The notes: generated by a model from the sequence alone, not told the origin. DNA of 64,000 nucleotides from Armatimonadota bacterium (GCA_025059775.1 JANXCW010000003.1:80284-144283), one strand, 5' to 3'. Shown: positions 8,017 through 18,594, counted from the first letter of the stretch. Numbers and translations: made by a program.

Positions 8017-10680
8017 ATGCTGAAGACTCTGGCGAGGCTGTTCGGGCGGGGAGAGGACGCGGCGGTGCGCCGCTACCTGCCTGCGGTGCAACGCATCAAC
8101 GGGCTGGAACCGGAGTTCGAGCGCCTCTCGGACGAGGCCCTGCGGGCCAAGACGGAGGAGTTCCGGACCCGCCTGCGCTCCGGCGAGACCCTGGATGATC
8201 TCCTCCCCGAGGCCTTTGCCGCGGTGCGGGAGGCCAGCAAGCGCACCCTCGGGCTCAGACACTTTGACGTCCAGCTCATCGGCGGCATCGTGCTGCACGA
8301 GGGCAAGGTGGCGGAGATGAAAACGGGGGAAGGGAAGACCCTGGTGGCCACCCTGCCCGTCTACCTCAACGCGCTTTTAGGCCGCGGGGTGCACGTGGTC
8401 ACCGTCAACGACTACCTGAGCCGCCGGGACGCGGGCTGGATGGGGCCCATCTACCATACCCTGGGGCTGCGGGTGGCGGCCATTGCGCATGAGTTCAGTG
8501 GCCTCTACGATCCCGCCTACCAGGACCCCAAGCCCCATGCGGACGACCGCCTGAACCACTTCCGTCCCATCTCCCGACGGGAGGCCTACCTGGCGGACGT
8601 CACCTACGGTACCAACAACGAGTTCGGATTCGACTACCTCCGGGACAACATGGCCCTGCGTCCAGAGGACATCGTGCAGCGGGAGCTCTACTACGCCATC
8701 GTGGACGAGGTGGACTTCATCCTCATCGACGAGGCCCGTACCCCCCTCATCATCTCCGGGCAGTTGGAGGAATCCACCCGCAAGTACTACGAGTTTGCAC
8801 GCTTGGTGCGTCGACTGCGCCTCGGTGAGGACTACACCGTGGACGAGAAGCTGAAGACCGCCACCCTCACGGAAGCGGGGATTCGGAAGGTGGAGCAGAT
8901 GCTGGGGGTGGACAACCTCACAGACCCGGAGCACCTGGACCTCATGCATCACGTCCACCAGGCCCTGCGGGCCCATGCCTGCTACAAGCGGGACGTGGAC
9001 TACGTGGTGAAGGATGGCCAGGTGATCATCGTGGACGAGTTCACGGGCCGGCTCATGTTCGGCCGGCGGTACGCGGATGGACTGCACCAGGCCATCGAGG
9101 CCAAGGAGGGCGTGCGGATCGAGCGGGAGACCCAGACCCTAGCTACCATCACCCTCCAGAACTACTTCCGCATGTACGAGAAGCTGGCGGGCATGACGGG
9201 GACCGCGAAGACGGAGGAGGAGGAGCTCCGAAAGATCTACGGTCTCGAGGTGGTGGTGATCCCTACCCACAAGCCCATGATCCGAGTGGATCTCCCGGAC
9301 CTGGTGTTCAAGACGGAGGCGGCCAAGTGGCGGGCCGTGGTGCAGGAGATCAAGGAGTGCTACCAGAAGGGCCGTCCCGTGCTGGTGGGGACCCGGTCCA
9401 TCGAGAAGAGCGAAATGCTGTCCCGGATGCTGCGTCAGGAGGGGGTTCCGCACCAGGTGCTCAACGCCAAGTACCACGAGAGGGAGGCGGAGATCATCGC
9501 CCAGGCCGGACGCCTGGGAGCCGTCACCATCGCCACCAATATGGCGGGCCGCGGGGTGGACATCCTCCTCGGCGGCAATCCCCCGGATCCGGAGGAAGCA
9601 GAGAAGGTCCGGCAGCTCGGGGGGCTGCACGTGATCGGCACGGAGCGACACGAGGCCCGGCGCATCGACAACCAGCTGCGAGGGCGCTCCGGCCGCCAGG
9701 GGGATCCCGGCAGCAGCCGGTTCTATGTCTCCGCGGAGGACGAGCTCCTGCGCCTGTTCGGAGGCGAACGCATCGCGGCCATCATGGATCGGTTCCGCAT
9801 CGACGAGGATACCCCTATCGAGAGCCCGTTGCTTACCCGACAGATTGAGGCGGCGCAGAAGCGGGTGGAGCAGTATCACTTCGACATCCGCAAGCACCTT
9901 CTGGAGTACGACGATGTGATGAACGTGCAGCGGCAGACCCTCTACCGGGAGCGCCGCAAGGTGCTCTTCGGCGAGAACCTCCGAGAGAACGTGCTGGACA
10001 TGATGGAGCGGGTCGTGGCGGAGGTGGTGGAGACCTACTGCCCCGCCTCCCTTCCCCGCGAGGAGTGGGATCTGGAGGGCATGCTCCAGGAGCTGGAGCA
10101 GCTGGCACCTGTTCCGGAGATCCTGGCCATTTCCCTCCAGGACCTGGCGGGCCGTTCCCGGGAGGAGACTCAGGAGATCCTCACCACAGCCGTGCTCCGG
10201 GCCTATGAAGCCAAGGAGGAGGCGGTGGGCCCGGAGGTGATGCGGGAGGTGGAGCGGATAGTACTCCTCTCCCACATCGATCGCAAGTGGATAGACCACC
10301 TGTATGCCATGGACGAGTTGCGGGAGGGGATCGGGCTAAGGGCCTACGGACAGGTAAGCCCGCTGGTGGAGTACCAGCGGGAGGCGTACGAGATGTTCCA
10401 GCAGATGCTGCGGGCCATCCAATCCGACACCGTCCGGGACCTCCTCCGGGTGCGGGTGGAGCGCGAGATCCCCCGCGTCCTCCGACCCGTGGCCCGCATT
10501 ACTGCCCAGGCGGGTCCGGACGCGGACCGCATCCTGGGAGCCCTCCCGGCCTCCACCGACCGCGCGGCGACTCCCCCCAAGCCCCAGCCTGTGGTGGTGG
10601 GGGCCAAGGTGGGGCGCAACGACCCCTGCCCCTGCGGCAGCGGTAAGAAATACAAGAAGTGCTGCGGCCGGGAATCCTGA
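8017..10680 (+). CDS. secA: Preprotein translocase ATPase SecA
   Basis: ATG 8017 after AAAGGGAGTGAG. Full-length SecA signatures throughout (Walker [31 protein letters not shown]). C-terminal zinc-binding [14 protein letters not shown] tail. Confidence 0.95.
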   Translation: MLKTLARLFGRGEDAAVRRYLPAVQRINGLEPEFERLSDEALRAKTEEFRTRLRSGETLDDLLPEAFAAVREASKRTLGLRHFDVQLIGGIVLHEGKVAEMKTGEGKTLVATLPVYLNALLGRGVHVVTVNDYLSRRDAGWMGPIYHTLGLRVAAIAHEFSGLYDPAYQDPKPHADDRLNHFRPISRREAYLADVTYGTNNEFGFDYLRDNMALRPEDIVQRELYYAIVDEVDFILIDEARTPLIISGQLEESTRKYYEFARLVRRLRLGEDYTVDEKLKTATLTEAGIRKVEQMLGVDNLTDPEHLDLMHHVHQALRAHACYKRDVDYVVKDGQVIIVDEFTGRLMFGRRYADGLHQAIEAKEGVRIERETQTLATITLQNYFRMYEKLAGMTGTAKTEEEELRKIYGLEVVVIPTHKPMIRVDLPDLVFKTEAAKWRAVVQEIKECYQKGRPVLVGTRSIEKSEMLSRMLRQEGVPHQVLNAKYHEREAEIIAQAGRLGAVTIATNMAGRGVDILLGGNPPDPEEAEKVRQLGGLHVIGTERHEARRIDNQLRGRSGRQGDPGSSRFYVSAEDELLRLFGGERIAAIMDRFRIDEDTPIESPLLTRQIEAAQKRVEQYHFDIRKHLLEYDDVMNVQRQTLYRERRKVLFGENLRENVLDMMERVVAEVVETYCPASLPREEWDLEGMLQELEQLAPVPEILAISLQDLAGRSREETQEILTTAVLRAYEAKEEAVGPEVMREVERIVLLSHIDRKWIDHLYAMDELREGIGLRAYGQVSPLVEYQREAYEMFQQMLRAIQSDTVRDLLRVRVEREIPRVLRPVARITAQAGPDADRILGALPASTDRAATPPKPQPVVVGAKVGRNDPCPCGSGKKYKKCCGRES

Positions 10681-10753
10681 TCCCCTCCCACCGGTTTGCG
10701 GTTTTGCGGGGATTCCGCAGCGGATACCATGATCGCGGAGAGGTGAGGGAAGG

Positions 10754-11879
10754 ATGACGTATGCTACCCTGGACGAACTGCGGGCCCAGGTAGGTGAGGA
10801 CCTGGCGCGACTCCGGGAGATCAGGGGGCACCTTTGACCTGGATCGCATCCGGCGCCGCATCCAGGAGCTGGAGGAGGCAGCTGCCCGCCCCGAGGTGTG
10901 GTCGGATCCGGAGCGGGCCCGGGAGGTAGGCCGGGAGCTGGGGCGCCTCCGCGCGCAGCTGGTGGCCTTCGAGGCGCTGGAACGGGGGCTCCTGGACCTG
11001 GAGGAGCTGCTGATCCGGGGGCCGGAGGATCCTGAGGAGCTCGGGCTTTTATGGGAGGAGGCCCAGACCCTACACGCCCGGCTGGAGCGGCTGGAGATCG
11101 AGACCCTGCTCTCCGGTGAGCACGATCCCTCCAACGCCATCCTCTCCATCCACGCGGGCGCGGGAGGGACGGACTCCCAGGACTGGGCGGAGATGCTCCT
11201 CCGGATGTACCTGCGGTGGGCTGTCTCCAAGGGGTACGAGGCAGAGGTGGTGGACCTCTCCTTGGGCGAGGAGGCGGGGATTAAGAGCGCCACGGTGATG
11301 GTGCGGGGGCCGTATGCCTACGGGTACCTGAAGGCGGAACGGGGGACCCATCGCCTGGTGCGCATCTCGCCCTTTGACGCGGCCCACCGGCGTCACACCT
11401 CCTTCGCCCTGGTGGAGGTTCTCCCAGAGGTGGAGCCCGTGACGGTGGACATTCGGCCGGAGGATTTGCGGATAGAGACCTTCCGGTCCCGGGGGGCCGG
11501 CGGGCAGAACGTGAACAAGGTGGAGACCGCGGTCCGCATTACGCACCTGCCCACGGGGATCGTGGTGCAGTGTCAGAACGAGCGCAGCCAGCACGCCAAC
11601 CGGGAGACCGCCCTTCGCCTCCTCGCCGCCCGCCTATACGAGCACTACCGACGGGAGCAGGAGAGGAAATTGCAGCAGCTGCGGGGGGAACACCGCGATG
11701 CCTCCTGGGGGAACCAGATCCGTTCATACGTCCTCCATCCATATACCCTCGTGAAGGACCACCGGACGGGCGTGGAGACGGGGAACGTGCAGGCGGTGCT
11801 CGAGGGCGAGCTGGATCCCTTCATCTACGCCTACCTGCGGGCTCAGGCGGCCACAGACCGGGTTCGGGCAAGAGGATAG
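10754..11879 (+). CDS. prfB: Peptide chain release factor 2, expressed via programmed +1 ribosomal frameshift
   Basis: Frame 0 runs from ATG 10754 ([27 protein letters not shown]) into an in-frame UGA at 10835-10837 within AGGGGGCAC-CUU-UGA-C. The +1 frame from GAC 10836 continues [14 protein letters not shown]... through SPF and GGQ ([23 protein letters not shown]) to TAG 11877-11879. Confidence 0.9.
10821..10838 (+). promoter_or_regulatory. RF2 autoregulatory +1 frameshift site (internal SD-like AGGGGG, then CUU UGA C)
   Basis: Canonical arrangement. The SD-like AGGGGG sits 3 nt before the CUU slippery codon, followed by UGA and C. Confidence 0.85.
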
Positions 11880-11881
11880 GG

Positions 11882-13900
11882 GTGCGGCTTCTTCCCCCCT
11901 TGATCCTCCTGGGTCTTTTCGCCTCCCTCGCGGTAGTCTGGGAGCGCCACGGGGTGGAAGCTCCCTACCGCACCGTGGAGCTCGTCCTCGACAGCGAGGG
12001 CTGGCGGCTCGTGGCCAGGCGGGAGGGCCTGGAGGAGGAGGGGTTCTGGCGGACGCTGCGGGAGGCGGGAGCCACCAGCGTGGCGGTGTACGAGCAGACC
12101 CTGCGGCGCCTGGAGGATGCGGGGTTGGTGGCGGTCCTCGATGGCCCGGAACTGCTGGCGCAGGCGCGGACCGGCCGCCTCTCTGCGGCTCTCTCCGCCC
12201 TGACGCGTCGGCCGGACCTCCTCCGGTCCGTATACGTACTGCCACTTCGACCCGACGTGGCCACCCTGGTGGAGCAGGGCTTTCGGAACGCCCTGGGAGC
12301 CCACCGGATCCGCCTCGTGCTCCGGAATCCCCTCGTGTACGAGCTCCTCGGGTGGCGCAAGGATCTGGAGGAGGTCGGCCTCGGGTTCCTTCCCTGGGAG
12401 GTCCGGCGATGGGAGCGGCGGGGGTTCTGGGTGGTCCTGCGGCCCCGGAACGTGCGGACCCTGGATGCGGAACGCCTGCGGGAACGGGTCCGGGCATACG
12501 GAACGCTGGGACATGGTCTCACCCTGATCTTCGAGGGGGTGGAGGTTCTCGGGTACGAACACCTGATCCCTCAGGCGGCCGCGGTCCTCCGGGAGATCGG
12601 CGCGGTCTACGGACGGGTGGAGGTCCTCACCGCGGCGCGCCGGATGCGGGGAGAGCAGAGCCTGGCGGTCCGGATGATGCCTCGGGTGGTGCGGGTGTTC
12701 AGCATCGGACAGGACGAACTAGATCGCATGAACCCTCCGGCGGCCCGGGAGCGGTTCCTGCGGGCGGCCCGGGAGCGCAACCTCCGGATCCTCTACATTC
12801 GGCCGTTCCAGTCTGTGCCCGGAGGCGTGGATCCCGTGGCGTACAACCTCCACTACCTCCGATCCCTCGTCGCCGACCTGCAGACCGCCGGTTTCCAGCG
12901 CGGACGGGCGGCTCCGCTTCCGATGCTGCGGCTTCCGCGCCCCGTGCTGTACGCCGCGGGGTTAGGGGCCGTAGCGGCGGGTGTGCTCTCGCTCGTCCTC
13001 CTCGTCGGGAGGACTTGCTCTCCCCTCGGAGCGGTGGTCCTGGTGGGCGCGGGATGGGTTGGACTTTTGGGGCTGGGTATGGTCTCCGAGCTGTGGGCGC
13101 GCAAGCTCACGGCCCTCCTGAGTGCCGTGGTCATCCCCCCCCTCGCGATCCACGCAGGTCTACCCCGGGGCGGACCGCGGGCGGTCTCCGGAGGTCGGGT
13201 GCTGCTGGAGGCCGTGGGCCGGCTGTGGCTTATCTCCCTGGGATCCACCGCGGGGGGATTCCTGGTGGCCGCGCTGCTCACGGACTGGCCCTTCCTGCTG
13301 GCCTTCGAGGTCTTCTTCGGGGTGAAGGCGGCCACCGTCCTCCCCCTCGTCCTGATCCTGCTGTTGGAGCTCTCGGAGCCGACAACCGCCGACCCTCCGT
13401 GGCGGAGGCTGTGGCGGGCCATGGACCGGCCCCTCTCCCTTCGAACAGCCCTGATCCTGGTGGTGCTGGGATCCGCGGGCTTGCTGTTGGTGCTGCGTAC
13501 CGGCAACGTGAGCCTGCCCATGCTCGATCTGGAGGAGCGACTGCGTACGGCGTTGGAGACGGCCATGGGAGCCCGGCCCCGCACGAAAGAGTACCTGGTG
13601 GGCCACCCCGCCCTGCTGCTCGGCGTTGCCGCGTATCTCGTGGGTATGCGGCGATGGGGCCTCCCCCTGGTCGTGGTGGGAGCCGTCGGGCAGGCGGGAC
13701 TCGTGAACTCCTTCGCCCACCTCCACACCCCCATCCTCTATACCCTCTGGCGCACCGCCAACGGTCTGCTGCTGGGAACCGTGATCGGGGTGGCGGTCTG
13801 GGTAGTGGCGTGGTTCCTCCTCCGGCCCCGGGGGCTCCTTCCCGCCCCCGGGCATCCTGTGCTGGTGCAGGCCGCGATTCGCGAACAGCTCCCTCCCTAG
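11882..13900 (+). CDS. Large membrane protein (N-terminal anchor, extracytoplasmic domain, C-terminal polytopic domain); resembles the DUF5693-type proteins that precede csaB
   Basis: GTG 11882, 3 nt after the prfB stop. N-terminal hydrophobic anchor (LLPPLILLGLFASLAVVW). The last ~250 aa hold multiple predicted TM helices. Family assignment is tentative, by gene neighbourhood (immediately upstream of csaB). Confidence 0.55.
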   Translation: MRLLPPLILLGLFASLAVVWERHGVEAPYRTVELVLDSEGWRLVARREGLEEEGFWRTLREAGATSVAVYEQTLRRLEDAGLVAVLDGPELLAQARTGRLSAALSALTRRPDLLRSVYVLPLRPDVATLVEQGFRNALGAHRIRLVLRNPLVYELLGWRKDLEEVGLGFLPWEVRRWERRGFWVVLRPRNVRTLDAERLRERVRAYGTLGHGLTLIFEGVEVLGYEHLIPQAAAVLREIGAVYGRVEVLTAARRMRGEQSLAVRMMPRVVRVFSIGQDELDRMNPPAARERFLRAARERNLRILYIRPFQSVPGGVDPVAYNLHYLRSLVADLQTAGFQRGRAAPLPMLRLPRPVLYAAGLGAVAAGVLSLVLLVGRTCSPLGAVVLVGAGWVGLLGLGMVSELWARKLTALLSAVVIPPLAIHAGLPRGGPRAVSGGRVLLEAVGRLWLISLGSTAGGFLVAALLTDWPFLLAFEVFFGVKAATVLPLVLILLLELSEPTTADPPWRRLWRAMDRPLSLRTALILVVLGSAGLLLVLRTGNVSLPMLDLEERLRTALETAMGARPRTKEYLVGHPALLLGVAAYLVGMRRWGLPLVVVGAVGQAGLVNSFAHLHTPILYTLWRTANGLLLGTVIGVAVWVVAWFLLRPRGLLPAPGHPVLVQAAIREQLPP

Positions 13901-13903
13901 CCC

Positions 13904-14947
13904 ATGCGGGCGGTGGTCCTGGGCTACTATGGCTTCGGCAACGTAGGAGACGAGGCGGTGCTGTGGGCCATGCGCCAGCACCTGCGGGAGGTTCTTCCGA
14001 ACCTCCGGCTCTGTGTGCTCTCCGCGGACCCTGAGGCCACATCCGCCCTGCACGGCACGGAGAGCGTCCTGCGCACGGATCCCAAAGGGGTGCGGCGGGC
14101 CATGCGGGAAAGTGTGGTGGTCCTGAGCGGCGGAGGTAGCCTCTTCCAGGACGCCACCAGCTGGCGGAGCCCACTCTACTACGCCTGGCTGCACGAGCTC
14201 GCCGCCAGGGAACGCAGGCCCCTGGTGGTGTACGCGCAGGGCATAGGCCCCCTCCGGCGGCGCCTCAGTCGGTGGACGACCCGACGGGCCATGGGACACG
14301 CCGCGCGCCTCACGGTGCGGGATGCCCCAAGCGCCCGACTCCTCAGACACCTCGGCGTGCGGGACCCCGTCGAGGTAGTCTGCGATCCCGTCCTCGGGTT
14401 GCCGACTCCCGGGCCCGGAGAGGGCTCCCCGTGGATCGGCGTCTCCCTCCGTCCCTGGCCGGGGGTATCCCTAGATCCCATCGTCGAGGCCATCGCGAGG
14501 CTTCAGGACGAGGTCGGAATTCCGGTACGGGTGGTGTGCTTCCACGAAAGCATGGATCGGGGGCTGAACGAAGTCCTGGCCCGCCGGGTGCGGGCCGAGG
14601 ACCTCGTGGTGGTGCGCTCGCCCCAGGAGGCTTGGCGGGTCTTCTGCGGCGCGGGTCTCGTGGTGGCCATGCGGCTCCATGCCCTCCTCTTCGCGGCCCT
14701 GGCAGGGGCCGTTCCCGTGGGTATTGCGTACGATCCGAAGGTTCAGGCCCTGGCGGACCAGCTCCCCGGCTTGGAGGTGGTTTCCCTGGAGGAACTCTCC
14801 CGCGGCCTGTGGGGGGCCGTGGAGCGCGCGTGGCGGGATCGGGAGTCCAGAGTGGAGCAGCTGCGGAAGGCGGTTCCCCCGCTTTCAGCCCGGGCCCGGC
14901 TCCCCGCCCGGGCCGTCGCCGCCTTGTTGGGGGGTGTACCCCTCTAG
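13904..14947 (+). CDS. csaB: Polysaccharide pyruvyl transferase CsaB
   Basis: MRAVVLGYYGFGNVGDEAVLWAMRQHL..SGGGSLFQDATSW.. typical of CsaB/PS_pyruv_trans. Starts 4 nt after the upstream stop. Confidence 0.85.
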   Translation: MRAVVLGYYGFGNVGDEAVLWAMRQHLREVLPNLRLCVLSADPEATSALHGTESVLRTDPKGVRRAMRESVVVLSGGGSLFQDATSWRSPLYYAWLHELAARERRPLVVYAQGIGPLRRRLSRWTTRRAMGHAARLTVRDAPSARLLRHLGVRDPVEVVCDPVLGLPTPGPGEGSPWIGVSLRPWPGVSLDPIVEAIARLQDEVGIPVRVVCFHESMDRGLNEVLARRVRAEDLVVVRSPQEAWRVFCGAGLVVAMRLHALLFAALAGAVPVGIAYDPKVQALADQLPGLEVVSLEELSRGLWGAVERAWRDRESRVEQLRKAVPPLSARARLPARAVAALLGGVPL

Positions 14948-14953
14948 GGACGG

Positions 14954-15724
14954 ATGGGCGGACGGGTGTGGGTCCTGGGAGTTCCCTTCGACCCTGTAGA
15001 TCTGGAGGGTGCGGTGGCGGCGTGCATCCGCATGGTGGCCGACGGGCGGCCGCACCTGGCGGTCACCGCCAATCCCGAGGCGGTGGTCCGGGCCCAGGAC
15101 GATCCGGAGTTTGCGGAGATACTCCGGAGGGCGGATCTCGTGGTCGCGGATGGAATCGGCGTGGTGTGGGCGTCCCGGAGGCTGGGGCAGCCGCTGCCCA
15201 TGCGGGTCCCCGGCATCGAGCTCATGGAGGCCCTCTGCGCCCACGCGGCGCGCGCAGGGCTGAGGGTGTTCCTGCTGGGCGGAGCCGAGGGAGTGGCAGA
15301 GCAGGCAGCCCGCACCCTCCTCCGAAATCACCCCGGCCTGCGGATTGCGGGCACCCACCACGGGTACTTCCCGGACGACGGACCGGTGGTCGAGCGGATC
15401 GCGGAGAGCCGCGCGGACCTGCTGTTCGTGGGGATGGGGATGCCCCGGCAGGAGAAGTGGTTGAGCCGCCACCTTCCCGAGCTCGGGGTACGGCTGGCCA
15501 TGGGGGTGGGCGGGAGCCTGGATGTGCTCGCGGGCCGGGTCCGCCGGGCACCGGGCTTTGTACAGCGGGTGCACCTGGAGTGGCTGTACCGCCTCCTGCA
15601 GGAACCCCGCCGGTGGCGCCGCCAACTCGCCCTGGTGCGTTTCGTGTGGCTGGTCCTCCGGAGGGGAGAGGAGAAGCCAGGGGGAAGGCGGAATACAAAC
15701 ACGCGACAGGACACGCGGGGGTGA
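14954..15724 (+). CDS. WecB/TagA/CpsF-family glycosyltransferase (N-acetylmannosaminyltransferase-like)
   Basis: VLGVPFDPVDLEGAV...ANPEAVV...DLVVADGIGVVWASRRLG..PRQEKWL... matches the TagA/WecG family. Confidence 0.85.
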   Translation: MGGRVWVLGVPFDPVDLEGAVAACIRMVADGRPHLAVTANPEAVVRAQDDPEFAEILRRADLVVADGIGVVWASRRLGQPLPMRVPGIELMEALCAHAARAGLRVFLLGGAEGVAEQAARTLLRNHPGLRIAGTHHGYFPDDGPVVERIAESRADLLFVGMGMPRQEKWLSRHLPELGVRLAMGVGGSLDVLAGRVRRAPGFVQRVHLEWLYRLLQEPRRWRRQLALVRFVWLVLRRGEEKPGGRRNTNTRQDTRG

Positions 15725-15728
15725 GTCG

Positions 15729-16031
15729 GTGCCGGAGGTGCTGAAGGTCTCTGCGGAGTCAAACCCGAAGGCGGTGGCCGGAGCCATCGCGGCGATCCTG
15801 CGGGAGCACGGATCCGTGGAGCTGCAGGCGATCGGAGCCGGTGCCGTGAACCAAGCGGTGAAGGCCATCGCCATCGCACGGGGGTTCGTGGCGCCCAACG
15901 GCCTGGAGATCGTGGTGGTCCCCGCCTTCACCAAGGTCCTCATCAACGGCGAGGAGCGGACCGCCATCCGGTTCCTGGTGGAGGCGCGGCGGTCGGGCCG
16001 GGCGAGCGCACCCCCGTCGGACCGCGCCTAA
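15729..16031 (+). CDS. spoVS: Stage V sporulation protein S homologue
   Basis: GTG 15729 after GGGGGTGAG, 4 nt after the tagA-like stop. VLKVSAESNPKAVAGAIAAILREHGSVELQAIGAGAVNQAVKAIAIARGFVAPNGLEIVVVPAFTKVLINGEERTAIRFLVE is a near-textbook SpoVS sequence. Confidence 0.85.
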   Translation: MPEVLKVSAESNPKAVAGAIAAILREHGSVELQAIGAGAVNQAVKAIAIARGFVAPNGLEIVVVPAFTKVLINGEERTAIRFLVEARRSGRASAPPSDRA

Positions 16032-16061
16032 GAGCCGCCACGTGGTAGGATCCGGTTGGGG

Positions 16062-17003
16062 ATGGACTACGGACCCCTGAAGGTCTTCTCCGGAACCGCG
16101 AACCCTGGTCTGGCACAGGAGATCGTGGACTACCTGGAGATCCCCATGGGCCGGGTCTACATCCGACGGTTCGCGGATGGGGAGATCTACGTGCGGTACG
16201 AGGAGAACGCCCGGGGGGTGGACGCCTTCGTGGTCCAGCCCCTGTGCCATCCCGTGAACGAGAACCTGATGGAGCTCCTCATCATGCTCGACGCCCTCCG
16301 CCGGGCCAGCGCGGGGCGGATCACCGCGGTGATCCCGTACTACGCGTACGCGCGGCAGGACCGGAAGTCCGCACCCCGGGAGCCGATCTCCGCGCGCCTG
16401 GTGGCCGACCTGCTCACGGTGGCGGGGATCCATCGGGTGCTCACCATGGACCTGGATGCGGACCAGATCGAGGGGTTCTTTACCGTCCCCGTGGACCACC
16501 TGCGGGCCCTCCCCCTGTTCGCGGAGGCCCTCCGGCAGCGTCAGATCTCGGACGGGGTGGTGGTGGCGCCGGACGACGGCGCAGTGAAGCAGGCCAAGCG
16601 CCTCGCGGATCGTCTCGGCCTGCCACTTGCGGTGGTGTTCCAGCGCAGGGCCGAGGGCGGCAAGACGCCGGTGCAGCTGGTGGGCGAGGTGGAGGGGCGC
16701 ACGCCCATCCTCATCGACCGGATGATCGCCACGGCGGAGACGGTGGAGGTGGCGGTAGAGGCGCTGCTGCGGGCAGGGGCGCGGCCGGAGGTGTACCTGT
16801 GTGCCACGCATCCCATCCTGGCTCCGGGAGCCCTGGAACGGCTCGCCCGCCCGGAGATCCGGGAACTCCTGGTGACGAACACCATTCCGGTGGCCGAGGA
16901 GAAGCGGCGAGCCAACATCACAGTGCTTTCCGCAGCACCGTTGCTGGCGGAGGCCATCCGCCGCATCCACGCGGATCAGTCCGTGAGCGCCCTGTTCACG
17001 TAA
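16062..17003 (+). CDS. prs: Ribose-phosphate pyrophosphokinase
   Basis: LKVFSGTANPGLAQEIVDYLEIPMG...DGEIYVRYEENARGVDAFVVQ..VNENLMELLIMLDALRRASAGRITAVIPYYAYARQDRK.. is the canonical PRPP synthetase. A TTG at 16056 is also possible. Confidence 0.95.
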   Translation: MDYGPLKVFSGTANPGLAQEIVDYLEIPMGRVYIRRFADGEIYVRYEENARGVDAFVVQPLCHPVNENLMELLIMLDALRRASAGRITAVIPYYAYARQDRKSAPREPISARLVADLLTVAGIHRVLTMDLDADQIEGFFTVPVDHLRALPLFAEALRQRQISDGVVVAPDDGAVKQAKRLADRLGLPLAVVFQRRAEGGKTPVQLVGEVEGRTPILIDRMIATAETVEVAVEALLRAGARPEVYLCATHPILAPGALERLARPEIRELLVTNTIPVAEEKRRANITVLSAAPLLAEAIRRIHADQSVSALFT

Positions 17004-17027
17004 TCCGGTTAGCCCCGGGAGGAGGAC

Positions 17028-18545
17028 ATGAGCGTTCGGACGCGGTACGCGCCGAGCCCCACGGGGTTCCTGCACGTGGGCGGAGCGTGGAACGCCTTCT
17101 TCAACTGGCTGTTCAGCCGCCACCACGGAGGTGTCTTCGTACTCCGCATCGAGGACACGGACCGCTCCCGCTCCACCGTGGAATACGAGCAGGCCATCTG
17201 TGAGGATCTGCGGTGGCTGGGGATCGACTGGGACGAGGGTCCGGACGTGGGCGGACCCTACGGTCCTTACCGCCAGACGGAGCGGAGGGAGCTCTACGCC
17301 CGCTACGCGGAGGAGTTCCTGCGCCGGGGAGTCGCCTACCCGTGTTACTGCACCCCCGAGGAACTCCTGGCGGAACGACGGCGGGCGGAGGCAGAGCGCC
17401 GACCTCCTCGATACTCCGGCCGGTGCCGGAACCTGGACGATGCGGAACGTGCGAGGCTGCAGGCGGAGGGCCGGCGGCCGGCGCTGCGGTTTCACGTGGA
17501 GCAGTTCCGAAATCCCTCCCTCGGAGATCCCGGGTGGCTGCAGGAACGGGAAGGGCGGAGGGCGGTGGTGGTCCAGGACCTCATCCGAGGGGAGGTCGTG
17601 TTTGACCTCGCGGAGCTCGATGACTTCCTCATCGTGCGTTCGGACGGTACCCCGCTGTACAACTTCGCGAACGTGGTGGACGACCACACCATGGCCATCA
17701 CCCACGTCCTGCGGGGCGTGGAGCACCTGGGGAACACCCCCCGTCAGCTTCTCATGTACCACGCCCTGGGCTGGACTCCCCCCGCCTTCGCCCACCTCCC
17801 CGTCCTCCTGGGGCCGGACCGGAAGAAGCTCAGCAAGCGACACGGGGATACCGCCCTCCGGGAGTACCGGGACGAGCTCTTCCTGCCGGAGGCCCTGCGG
17901 AACTTCTTCGCCCTCCTGGCCTGGTATCCGGAGGACGGCCGGGAGCTCTTCCCCACAGAGGAGCTCATCGAGCGGTTCGACATCCGGGAGCTCAAGGGTG
18001 CGAGCCCCGTGTTCGACCGGCAGAAGCTCGTGTGGATGAACGGAGAGTACCTGCGTCAGTTGCGGCAATCTGACCCTGATCGGCTCGTGGACCTAGCGAC
18101 CGCCTACCTGGTCCGACGGGGACTGCTGGAAGAGCCGGTGACGGAGGCGGAGCGAAGCCTGGTGCGGCGGGTGATCGGGATCCTGGGTGACCGGCTGAAG
18201 GTGGGATCCGATCTAGTGCTCTACGCGGATTTCTTCTTCCTGGACCGACCCCGCTACGACCCTCAGGCGGTGGCCAGGTATCTCGCGGGCGCGTCCGAGC
18301 TCCTGGCCGAGGTGCGGGCGACCCTGGAGCCCGTGGACCCCTTCCACGCGGACCGCATCGAGCAGGCCCTCCGGGCGTTCGCAGAGGCTTCCGGGCTCGG
18401 GATGCGGGCGGTGGTGCATCCGGTGCGGGTAGCCCTGACCGGACGGACGGTGGGCCCCGGGCTGTTCGAGCTCATGGAGGTACTGGGAAAGGAGCGGGTG
18501 CTGCGACGGCTGGAAGAGGCCCGAGCCCTGGCAGGGGTGGCGTAG
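17028..18545 (+). CDS. gltX: Glutamate--tRNA ligase
   Basis: RYAPSPTGFLHVGGAWNAFFNW (HIGH region) and KLSKRHG (KMSKS). Zinc-binding CYC..C motif region. GGGAGGAGGA RBS. Confidence 0.95.
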   Translation: MSVRTRYAPSPTGFLHVGGAWNAFFNWLFSRHHGGVFVLRIEDTDRSRSTVEYEQAICEDLRWLGIDWDEGPDVGGPYGPYRQTERRELYARYAEEFLRRGVAYPCYCTPEELLAERRRAEAERRPPRYSGRCRNLDDAERARLQAEGRRPALRFHVEQFRNPSLGDPGWLQEREGRRAVVVQDLIRGEVVFDLAELDDFLIVRSDGTPLYNFANVVDDHTMAITHVLRGVEHLGNTPRQLLMYHALGWTPPAFAHLPVLLGPDRKKLSKRHGDTALREYRDELFLPEALRNFFALLAWYPEDGRELFPTEELIERFDIRELKGASPVFDRQKLVWMNGEYLRQLRQSDPDRLVDLATAYLVRRGLLEEPVTEAERSLVRRVIGILGDRLKVGSDLVLYADFFFLDRPRYDPQAVARYLAGASELLAEVRATLEPVDPFHADRIEQALRAFAEASGLGMRAVVHPVRVALTGRTVGPGLFELMEVLGKERVLRRLEEARALAGVA

Positions 18546-18548
18546 CGG

Positions 18549-18594
18549 GCCGGAGGCGTTTGACAGAGGAGGCCGGAGGCGTTTGACAGAGGAG
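18549..18594. repeat. Tandem 23-bp direct repeat x2 (GCCGGAGGCGTTTGACAGAGGAG), each copy containing TTGACA
   Basis: Two adjacent identical copies seen directly, right after the gltX stop and upstream of the tRNA genes. Confidence 0.8.
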
